Position numbers and translations under genes: made by a program. Of a DNA stretch of 64,000 nt, positions 48,538-60,448 are shown one piece after another (the stretch's first letter is position 1; every line of letters begins with the position of its first letter). Under the pieces are notes generated by a model, which was not told where the DNA came from, did no database searches, and worked only from the letters and a program-made list of their open reading frames with translations. The stretch is from Octopus sinensis (lineage: Eukaryota), in NCBI RefSeq assembly GCF_006345805.1, contig NC_043022.1, positions 14,632,001-14,696,000 of the forward strand, given 5' to 3'.

Positions 48538-51500
48538 TTGTTTGTACCCCACCAACATCATTGCTTGACAACCGACATTGGTGTGTTTACGTCACTGTGA
48601 CTTAGCAGTTTGGCAAAAGAGACAGATAGAATAAGTATGAGGCTTAAAAAAATAAAGTCCTGAGGTCAATTTGTTCGACTAAAGGCAGTGCTCCAGCATG
48701 GCCACAGTCAAATGACTGAAACAAATAAAAGAAAAAATATACATACATACAAAAGGAACAGGTTAAGGTGTTCACTCCCCAACCACATGGTTCTGGGTTC
48801 AGTCCCACCATGTGGAACTTTGGGCAAGTGTCTTCTATTACAGCTCCAGAGCAACCAACCAACCAACCAATGCCTTGTGAGAGAATTCATTACATGGAAA
48901 CTGTGTGGAAGCCTGTTGCATGTATGTGTATATATATGTGTCTCTGTGTGTGTGTGCACTTGTATTTGTGTTAGTACCCCACACCACTGCTTGACACCCC
49001 ATGTTGGTTTGCTTATGTCCCTCATAACTTAGTAGTTTAGCAAAAAGAAGCCAGTAGAACAAATACTAGACTTAAAGAAAAAAAAAACCCATAAGAACTG
49101 GGGCCGACTTGTTTGACTAAGCCAAGTGATGCCCCAGCATGGCCACAGCCCAGATGGCACTACTAACCTTATCGAGCGTCTTTCTCAAGGCATTCTTGTC
49201 CTTCTCCAGACGGATCTGAGATCTTTCCCATTCTTTCTTCTCTGTTTCAATATGAGAAAACTCCTGCTGATAATTGGTAAGTTGTTCTTGCAAAGAGATC
49301 TTCTCTGACTGGATTTTCTGCAAGCGTTGGTTCAGTTCCTGTTCCTGTTCTTGCCGTTTAATCAGCATCTGGGAATCCAAACAATGAGCAACTTCAATTA
49401 GAATGATGAATCAACAGAGAAGGACAATACAAAAAAGCACTGAAGAGTCCTTCAATACATGTTTGCATTGATTTGAAACAAGTATATATATATTTCTTTA
49501 TTGCCCACATGGGGCTAAACATAGAGGGGACAAACAAGGACAGACAAAGGGATTAAGTCGTTTACATCGAACCCAGTGCGTAACTGGTACTTTATTTATT
49601 GACCCCGAAAGGATGAAAGGCAAAGTCGACCTCGGTGGGATTTGAACTCACAACGTAACGACAGACGAAATACGGCTACGCATTTCGCCCAGCGTGCTAA
49701 CGTCTCTGCCAGCTCACTGCCTTATATATACATAATAGCAAAGGGTAAAATTAATTAATTAAGAAGTAATCAGTAATTTCACCAAGTAGAATTCGGCATA
49801 AAAAAGACCATTTCATGGTAAGCTTAAGTAATACTTTATAATTAGGGTTCAGCAAAGATTTGCTTCACCACATACCGAAGTTTAGAAATAGCAGCCAAAA
49901 AATCTTAGCTATTCCTTCTACTTTAAAAGGAACTCCCGGAAAAACCAAAGCACTTGAAAACAATCCACGCAGGCAATCCACTGCTATTTCTAAACTTCGG
50001 TATGTCATCATCATCATCATCATCATCGTTTAACGTCCGTTTTCCGCGTTAGCACGGATTGGACGGTTCGACCGGGGTCTGGGAAGCCAGGGGCTGCACC
50101 AGGCTCCAGTCTGATCTGGCAGAGTTTCTACAGCTGGATGCCCTTCCTAATGCCAACCACTCCTTTGCAGAACCCTAATTATAAAGTATTACATATATAT
50201 GTGTATAGAGAGAAGTTGTTACATACCTGATGGTTTTGTCTGAGTTGTCCTTCTAACTCAGAATTACGCAGTTCCATCTCAGTGTTATCGTTCTGCATCG
50301 ATTGTATACGGTCCATCAGGTTCTGGCTCTGTTTCTTTATCTCATTCAAGGATTGCCTAAAGGGGACAGGAAGAAGAAGAAGAACGTTATTGATCTCAAA
50401 TTTCATTGATATTTTCATTATTACTTATTATTTTTGTCAGTGAACAGGTCGCGGTCTTAAAGCGACGAAAATATTTTGACAAATTAAATTTAAATGTTGA
50501 AGTGAATCTAACGGCTTTTGTGTGTTTCTTGAATGGCTTACAAACACCTTCCACACTGCAATTGTTTTCGTTACCAGCACACGATCTCAGATCAAGTCAC
50601 TTGCTATGCAAGAACATCTCCGTAATTATTATTTTTCATTAGCACAATAATTACAAACGTTGGTAGAGTCGTCAGGGCAGTGGATCAAAATGAGTTGCAG
50701 TATTTAAGGCCAGTCTAGGCAGCATTGCTTAAGGGTAGGGGATAGCTCAACAAACTGAAGGGATACCCCCGGGTGGCACACACACATACATGCTAGCTAC
50801 ATCACTGCACATATATATTTATATTGCCCATGACTAGCACAATGACATTGCTTGCAAATTTAGGGAAAGCATCAACAGCCCCAACAAATCCTTCCTTTGA
50901 ATATGTAACTGAAGCTTCATCCTTTTTAGTAACCCCTAAGTTACTGCCAATGATAGAATGCCAAAATGGATAAGGTATTCGTAACTTTCTCAACAGAAAA
51001 AAAAAAAAAAATATATATATATATAGGCGCAGGAGTGGCTGTGTGGTAAGTAGCCTGCTAACCAACCACATGGTTCCGGGTTCAGTCCCACTGCGTGGCA
51101 TCTTGGGCAAGTGTCTTCTGCTATAGCCCCGGCCGACCAATGCCTTGTGAGTGGATTTGGTAGACGGAAACTGAAAGAAGCCTGTCGTATATATGTATAT
51201 ATATGTATGTGTGTGTGTTTGTGTGTCTGTGTTTGTTCCCCTAGCATTGCTTGACAACCGATGCTGGTGTGTTTACGTCCCTGTCACTTAGCGGTTCGGC
51301 AAAAAGAGACCGATAGAATAAGTACTGGGCTTACAAAAAGAATAAGTCCCGGGGTCGAGTTGCTCGACTAAAGGCGGTGCTCCAGCATGGCCGCAGTCAA
51401 ATGACTGAAACAAGTAAAAGAGTAAAGAGTAAGAGTATATATATATATATATATAAAGTCTGCCCCCTCTTTATCGAGTATGGCCATTGCACGAAGCTTA

Positions 51501-51707
51501 ACTGTTACTGGTGCTGTGATCGAATGTGACTTTTTAGCCCAGCTAAAGATCTACGATGTCTTGTACAGAATTGGCAACTAAAACCTTTACTGGTAATAGC
51601 CGGCTGTAGTTGTAATTGGGCTTCATGTACCTTAGCATGTCGTTTAAGTCCTCCTGCCGAATTACACTCTCTTCCACATGCCCGACAGATATGATTAGTA
51701 TGGTGTG

Positions 51708-51738
<31 letters not shown>

Positions 51739-53865
51739 ATTCTTTGTTCTGTGTCTGTCTGTCTGTCTCTCCCAACTTCATGTTCTCCTGTCATTCTCAC
51801 TCCCTCTCTCTTGTCTATCTATCTGTTTCTCTTTCTTTCCTTCCTTCCTTCCTCTTATCTCTCTGTCAGTAGCAGACTTCAAAATAAATTCTAGGGAGTG
51901 ATATCATCATCATCATCATTTAATGTCCGTTTTCCATGCTAGCATGGGATGGACGGTTCGACAGGGTCTGGAAAGCCAGGAGGCTGCACCAGGCTCCAGT
52001 CTGATCTGGCAGTGTTTCTACAGCTGGATGCCCTTCCTAACGCCAACCACTCCGTGAGTATGTTCTACTAAAACCCTGAAGGTGGTGCTCCAGCATGGCT
52101 GCAGTCGAATGACTGAAACAAGTAAGTAAAAACAACAAAAGAAGGATAGTTGTATTACTTGGAAGCGTCCAGTCTTTCTTGGAGTACACGACGGTCATGT
52201 TCGCTACTGGTGAGGGCCCGTTGCATCTGGTTGATTCTTTCATTCATGTTGTTGATTGTAGACGCACTGTCCGATAGTGACATATTCAATGCTTGGACCT
52301 GTGGGAATTAAGGGCATTCATTCATTTCCTGTTCAATAATAACTTGACCATTAAAAACAAGAATAAATACTTTTAAAATTTTGGTACACAATAACATTTT
52401 AATTAATACATAATGACACATACACACATATAATTATCGTTAGTAAATCTGAGAGAAGAACACTCAAAGTTATAGAGCAATTAGGGAAAGGTAGTTATGG
52501 CCAGTTTATGGGGTTGCCCAGGGCTTCATGTCCATAAAACACTTAGCTTTACACATGTTTTGTCAGACCCTGTGAGTAAGCTAATAGCTTTATGGATGCA
52601 ATATCCTGGGTTACCCTATGAACTGGCCTTAGCTAACATTCTCTAAATATATAGACATATATATATATGAGAGTTAAATAAGAGTCAAAACTATTGAAAA
52701 GTTTTCAAGACACAACGAAAAGTTTAGGACAATAAAAATAAGAAAAAAAGTGAAAATTTTCCATTATAAGGCACAAAAACAAAATGACTCTCCCCAGACA
52801 CAACAGAATATGCTTCAACACACGAACTCACATAAAGAATCTTGCAAACCAAATCCAAAAACGAAATATATATGAGAGGTTTATCCATTTGTAATAAGAA
52901 AATATGAACTCCTATCAGAACTTACATACCATGGACAAGAAGCTTTTTTACCCATTCTACACAACACATTCCTTGGATAATGGAACAGCAAGTTTAACAG
53001 CCAACATATATTTTTATTTCTACTCTTGTTTCCCTTTATACTTTCCTTTATCTCTCCCTTTCCAAAATAACTCCTTATATTGAACTCTATTTTCTTCTAT
53101 TCAACTTTCTCATATCGTCTCTGATGATGAGACATCCCTCATATGACTGAAACAGCTGTAAGACTACCTCTCGCTTTATAAATGTCCTAGAAATTTCACA
53201 CTGCCTTCGCTTTGTTATTTCATTTTATTTAACATGCACACACACACACACACATATATATGCACATATACATATATATATGCGTATATATATGTATGCA
53301 TGTATATATATATATAAAAATATATTGGTGTCTAGTTTTGGGAGGGTCTGTGGCACACACACACACACATGTGGGTGTGGTTAAGAAGTTTACTTCCTCT
53401 GCATCCCACGGGGCATGGGCAAGTATCTTCTACTATAGCCCCAGGCTGACCAAAACCCTGAGTGGATTTGGTAGATGGAAATCCTAGAAGAATCTCCTTT
53501 GTGTCTCCTTGTCTTGACACCACACGATGGTTGTAAACCATTGTCAGCAGCACTTGTAAAGGGGCACCCCTTTTAGGTCTGCTGTAGGCAATATGTGTTT
53601 TTTGTGGGGTCCAGGAGCGGCACACATTCTAGCTACGCTAATTACGAAAAGCAATATTAATAATTATGCACAGGTGAAGCAGTATTTTATGCTTACCTTG
53701 TCCTTGTGTTGATTGCCAGTAGCTTCAGTCTTGGCCAAATTCAGGTTTAGTCTTTCAGTTGTTAATTGGCTTGACTGCACTTTACTTTCAAGGTCTTGCA
53801 CCTGCTTGGTGAGGGTTTCAATCCTATCTTGCTGAACCTAGAGATAATAACAGCATACACATATA

Positions 53866-53912
<47 letters not shown>

Positions 53913-54295
53913 TAAGGGTAGAAATTGATATTTATCATTAAGACCAGTGGTCTAGCATATTAAAAAAGAATCCGAAGATTAAATATTTATATATACCAAT
54001 TAAGGACTGAACACGAAAAGTGGACAGTCAACATGCTAGATATAGACGTCAAATCGCCATTCACCACAAAAGATTATGTTCTCAGATCAAACTCAACACA
54101 AAACCATAGCAATAAACAAGTGAAAAATATACGAAATATACGAAATACGAAATTATTTCGTATATTTTTCACTTGTTTATTGCTATGGTTTTTGTGTTGA
54201 GTTTGATCTGAGAACATAATCTTTTGTGGTGAATGGCGATTTGACGTCTATATCTAGCATGTTGACTGTCCACTTTTCGTGTTCAGTCCTTAATT

Positions 54296-54332
<37 letters not shown>

Positions 54333-54348
54333 AAAGCGGACGATAAAC

Positions 54349-54390
<42 letters not shown>

Positions 54391-55343
54391 ATAATTATTA
54401 CACACACACACACAAATCAAATGGAAATTGCAGTTAAGATACCCATGCCGGTGACACATAAAAAGCACCGTCCGAACGTGGCAGATGCCAGCGCCGCCTG
54501 ACTAGCGTCCGTGTCGGTGACACATAAAAGTACCAACCGATCGTGACCGTTTGCCAGCCCCCTCTGCCAGTGGCATGTAAAAGCACCCACTACACTCTCG
54601 AAGTGGTTGGCGTTAGGAAGGGCATCCAGCTGTAGAAACACTGCCAGATCAGACTGGAGCCTGGTGCAGCCTTCTGGCTTCCCAGACCCCAGTTGAACCG
54701 TCCAACTCATGCTAGCATGGAAAACGATGATGATGATGATGACACACACACACACACACACACATGCAAACACACATAATACATTCCATGTGCACATCCT
54801 CTTCTTGTTAGTTATTTTTAATGCCCCCCACCCCGCCTCTCTTTTTCTCTCAGCCAGGTAACCATGTCTGTTTCTGCATCTCTGTCAAAATCTGACCTTT
54901 CATCATTTGACACAAGGTCACCTCCTCCAGTGCCCCCACCCCTCTCAAAGATTCCTTGTCCTGCAGGTTGTTTGGTGACCCTGCTGGTGCTGGTGCCACG
55001 TGAAAAGCACCCAGTCCACACTGTGAAGTGGTTGGCGTTTGGAAGGGCATCCAGCTGTAAAAACCCTGGCAAAAGAGACACAGAAGTCTGATGCAGGCTC
55101 CTGCTTGGCCGGTTCCTGTCAAACTGTCCAACCCACGCCAGCATGGAAGGTGGACGTTAAACAATGATGATATATGTATATATAGGCACAGGAGTGTGTG
55201 GTAAGTAGCTTGTTTACCAACCACATGGTTCCGGGTTCAGTCCCACTGCGTGGAACCTTGGGCAAGTGTCTTCTACTATAACCTCGGGCCAACCAAAGCC
55301 TTGTGAGTGGATTTGGTAGACGGAAACTGAAAGAAGCCTGTCG

Positions 55344-55374
<31 letters not shown>

Positions 55375-56973
55375 GCGTGTATGTTTGAGTGTCTGTGTTT
55401 GTACCCCTAGCATTGCTTCACAACAGATGCTGGTGTGTTTACGTCCCCGTCACTTAGCGGTTCGGCAAAAGAGACCGATAGAATAAGTACTGGGCTTACA
55501 AAGAATAAGTCCCGGGGTCGGGTTGCTCGATTAAAGGCGGTGCTCCAGCATGGCCACAGTCAAAACGACTGAAACAAGTAAAAAGAGAGAGAAAAGATAT
55601 ATATGTGTGTGTGTGTATAGATGTAGGCATGGCATGGTTAAGAAGTTTCATTGCCAACGACATGGTTTTCGGTTCAATCCCACTGTATGGCACCTTGGGA
55701 GTGGATTTGGTAGACAGAAAAATTAAAAGAAGCCTGTTGTATATGTATGTAAATGTGTGTGTGTGTGTGTGTTGTGTGAAGGCACGTGGCTCAGTGGGTT
55801 TGGGTAATCAGCTCATGATCGTAAGGTCGTGAGATCAATTCCTGGCGATGTGTTGTGTCCTTGAGCAAGACACTTTATTTTACATTACTCCAATCTACTC
55901 AGCTGGCAGAAATGAGCTGTACCTGTAATTCACAAGGGGCCAGCCTGGTCACATTCAGTGTGTCAGGCTGAATCTCTCTGAGAACAATGTTAAAGGTATG
56001 CGTGTCTGTGGAGTACTCAGCCACTTGGACGTTAATTTCACAAGCAGGCTGTTTCATGGATCAGATCAACCGGAACCCTCGGTTGCCAGTTTTATTTGTG
56101 TGTCTCCTCCTCTTCACATCACATGATAGTCGTAAATGAGTGTCACTGTCATACAAGCAGTGTCGTTCATTTCCAATATTCCGAAAGAACATGTCTGGCC
56201 ATGGATGAGAAATATTACCATGCTTGGAAACAGTTGAGGGTTGGTCACACGGAGGGCATCCTGCTGTAGAAACCCTTCCCAATTAAACTCCACCTGGACC
56301 ATAGAAGCATACAAAAAGTAGACAGTGGCTGTGTGGTAAGTAGCTTGTTAACCAACCACATGGTTCCGGGTTCAGTCCCACTGCGTGGCATCTTAGGCAA
56401 GTGTCTTCTGCTATAGCCCCGGGCCGACCAATGCCTTGTGAGTGGATTTGGTAGACGGAAACTGAAAGAAGCCCTCGTATATATGTGTATATATATGTGT
56501 GTGTTTGTGTGTCTGTGTTTGTCCCCCTAGCATTGCTTGACAACCGATGCTGGTGTGTTTACGTCCCTGTCACTTAGCGGTTCGGCAAAAGAGACCGATA
56601 GAATAAGTACTGGGCTTACAAAGAATAAGTCCCGGGGTCGAGTTGCTCGACTAAAGGCGGTGCTCCAGCATGGCCGCAGTCAAATGACTGAAACATGTAA
56701 AAGAGTAAAAAGAGTAAAGAGTATTAAGATGACGATGATGATGATGATGATGATGAGGAGGAGGACGATTTACTTACCTGGTTTTCTGTTTCCTTGTCTG
56801 TCATGGTCATCTTGAAACGTTGTAATTCTCCTTCCAAAGCTCGCCGTGCCAATTCCACTTTGGTCACCCGGTTCTCAGTTTCTTCGAGGGTGACACGAAG
56901 TTGTTTCTTTTCTTCGTCCACACGTATATCATTCATCTTCATCTTTGATACCTTTTCCTGAAACACATATCAA

Positions 56974-57010
<37 letters not shown>

Positions 57011-59012
57011 CCAGAGTAAGTACATAAATGTGAAACAAGGTGGAAAAAAGAGTACTCAAATACCAGTGGTAGAGTAATATGGTTTATTAATAAAACTGCA
57101 AAGACATCACAAAAACTGTCACTCAGAGTTTCGTGTTCCTGTTTGTCGGAGAGTTTTGGTTGTGATATATTTCCAGCTTTATTAAAATAAAGTACATATA
57201 TATACATCAAAAGGATGTATTACAACACTATTCCACATATACAAAAATAGCCATACCAACAATCCAACATATTTCCATCATCAGCTGCCCCATGGATACC
57301 ATTATGGTTTTGACACCTGGGCAGGACCACTCAATCTAGTGGCATCAACAGCACTAAAAGAAGTGCTACTTGGGAACAAACATTTTACCTGATGTACAAC
57401 AGTATTCAATAAAATATAGGCAGGATCAAACACTAACTTTAAAATTAAACTACATGAAACACATAAATCTATGTACATCTGTATCGGTATTAATAGTAAA
57501 CCTACAATAACTAAATCATATACTAAATAGCAACCAATCTTTAAGTCCATACAAATAATGATCCCACCAATCTTCCATAGTTACTACTGACGAATATTAC
57601 AAACACATCTGATATGGCTAAATATCAAATACCGAAACATCAAACCAAGAGAAGACCGTGACTCAAACCCCTTCAAAAGCATTCAGGAATAAACGAGAAA
57701 AACAAACAAACAAACAAATTACTCACTTGCAGTTGTCTCTTCTCTGACTCGAGGTTCGAAAGGTTCCGTTCCAAAGTTGAGACTTTCTCCGACAGTAGCT
57801 TCCTCTCCCGTTCATTCCGTCGGATGGTCTCTTCTTGCAGCATCAGGGCAGTCTGGGCGCTCGCAAGACGGCCGTCGATGCCTCGTTTATCTACAAAACA
57901 CATCAGATTGTTGTTTTTAGCTACTTTGTCCATGGCACGATGGGTTTAGATCACTAGGCGGCGGCAGTAGGGGCAGCACTTTCAAAGGGGCACCACCTTT
58001 GGGTCTGCTGTAGGCAATGTCGCAGGAGTGGCTGGGTGGTAAGTAGCTTGCTTACCAACCACATGGTTCCGGGTTCAGTCCCACTGTGTGGCACCTAGGG
58101 CAAGTGTCTTCTACTATAGCCTTGGGCCGACCAAAGCCTTGTGAGTGGATTTGGTAGACGGAAACTGAAAGAAGCCCGTCGTATATATGTATATATATAT
58201 ATATGTGTGTCTGTGTTTGTTCCCCAGCATTGCTTGACAACCGATGCTGGCGTGTTTATGTCCCCGTTACTTAGCGGTTCGGCAAAAGAGACCGATAGAA
58301 TAAGTACTGAACTTACAAAAGAATAAGTCCCGGGGTCGAGTTGCTCGATTAAAGGCAGTGCTCCAGCATGGCCGCAGTCAAATGACTGAAACAAGTAAAA
58401 GAGTAAAAGAATGTGTTTTTTGTGGGGTCTCGGGGTGGCAAAGAGAAGGGCTGCCCCGGGCGGCACACACTCTAGCTATGCTAGTGGTTTACATGGTTTG
58501 TTAATTCATTTATGCATGTATGTCGGTGGCTGTGTGGTAAGAAGCATGCTTGCCAACTGCATGGTTCCGGGTTCAATCCTACTGCATGGTACCTTGGGCA
58601 GGTGTCTTCTAATAGAACCTCAGGTCAACCAGAGCCTTGTGAGTGAAATCAGTGAAAGGAAACTGAATGTGTGTGTGTGTGTGGGGGGGGGTTGTTCCCC
58701 CGCCCACCCGTATTGATATTTTCAAGTCTCTGTAACTTAGCAGTTCGGCAAAAGATTGATAGAAGAAATACCAGGCTTGAGAAAAAAAAAGTACTGCGGT
58801 TTATTTGATTAAAAATTCCTCAAGGCAGTGCTCCAGCATGACCACAGTCTGATGGCTGAAGCAAGTAAGACCCACACAGGGTACATGACTGGTACTTATT
58901 TCATTGACCCTAAGAGGATTTGACGGCAAAGTTGACCCCAAGAGGAATTTGAACTCAGAATGCAAAGACGGATGAAATGCTCAACAGCATTTAGTCCAGT
59001 GTGTTAAGAATT

Positions 59013-59055
<43 letters not shown>

Positions 59056-59461
59056 GTGTATGTATATGTATGAGGGGGAAGAGAGAGAGAGAGAATGTAT
59101 GTGTGTGTGTGTATGTGTATGTGTGAGAGAGTGTGTGTATGTATGTGTCAGAGAGAGAATGTATGTGTGTGATATAGAGATTGTGTGTGTGTATGTGAGA
59201 GAGAGAATGTGTGTGTATGTGAGACCGTGTGTGTGTGTGTGTGTAAGAGAGAAGAGTGTATGTGTATGTGTGTGTAAGAGACAGAGTGTGTATGTGTGTG
59301 TGGATGTATGTGAGAGAGAGACAGAGTGAGTGTGTGTGTATATGTGAGAGAGTGAGTGTATGTGTATGTATGTGAGAGAGTGTGTGTGTATGTGTGTGTA
59401 AGAGAGAGAGTGTGTATGTATGCGAGAGAGAGAGACAGAGTGAGTGTGTGTGTATGTGAGA

Positions 59462-59499
<38 letters not shown>

Positions 59500-60415
59500 T
59501 AGAGAGAGAGAAAGGAAGAGGAAAAGCAAGGAGTTTGTCCTTTCACCTTCTTCCACTTCCATTAATGACTTCTGAAGTTGTCTGAGACGTGATTCTATCT
59601 GGTTCCGTGACTCTTCGCTGTCTTCCATCTGTGTCTCAAGACTTCGAACATGGGCCAAAGCATCATCCTTTATAACAAAACGGATAAGAAACAAAATAAA
59701 AACAAATAAACAACGGAGAAAAGAAACACACAAAAAGAAAAAAGAAAGAAATCTTCAGCAGTCAGGAGGCAGCAACAGAAGCAGACAGCAACAACAACAA
59801 CATCAGAAAGAAAAAAGAAATAAAAACAAAAAGGGACCCCCCATCCTTCCCCCTACCACCAAAAGACACTGAAAACTACATAAAATGAGGAAAGTTTTAA
59901 TAGATTAGATGACATAATTTGGCCAATAAATCACGGATTATGTGTTTCTGATGTTTCATAGCAAAAGATCAGCCTGGATGAAGAAGATAAAGAAATTTGA
60001 CAAAAATATAGATTTTTCTTCTTTTTTGGTGTTGAAGGATACGAATGCTTCTATTAGAAGAAAAGTTATGGGCAAGTGTCTTCTGCTATAGCCCCGGGCT
60101 GACCAATGCCTTGTGAGTGGATTTGGTAGACGGAAACTGAAAGAAGCCCGTCGTATATATGTATGTATATATATATATATATGTGTGTGTGTGTCTGTGT
60201 TTGTCCCCCTAGCATTGCTTGACAACCGATGCTGGTGTGTTTACGTCCTCGTCACTTAGCGGTTCGGCAAAAGAGGCCGATAGAATAAGTACTGGGCTTA
60301 CAAAGAATAAGTCCCGGGGTCGATTTGCTCGACTAAAGGCGGTGCTCCAGCATGGCCGCAGTCAAATGACTGAAGCAAGTAAAAGAGTAAAGAGTAAACC
60401 TTTGGTGTGAGAGGA

Positions 60416-60448
<33 letters not shown>

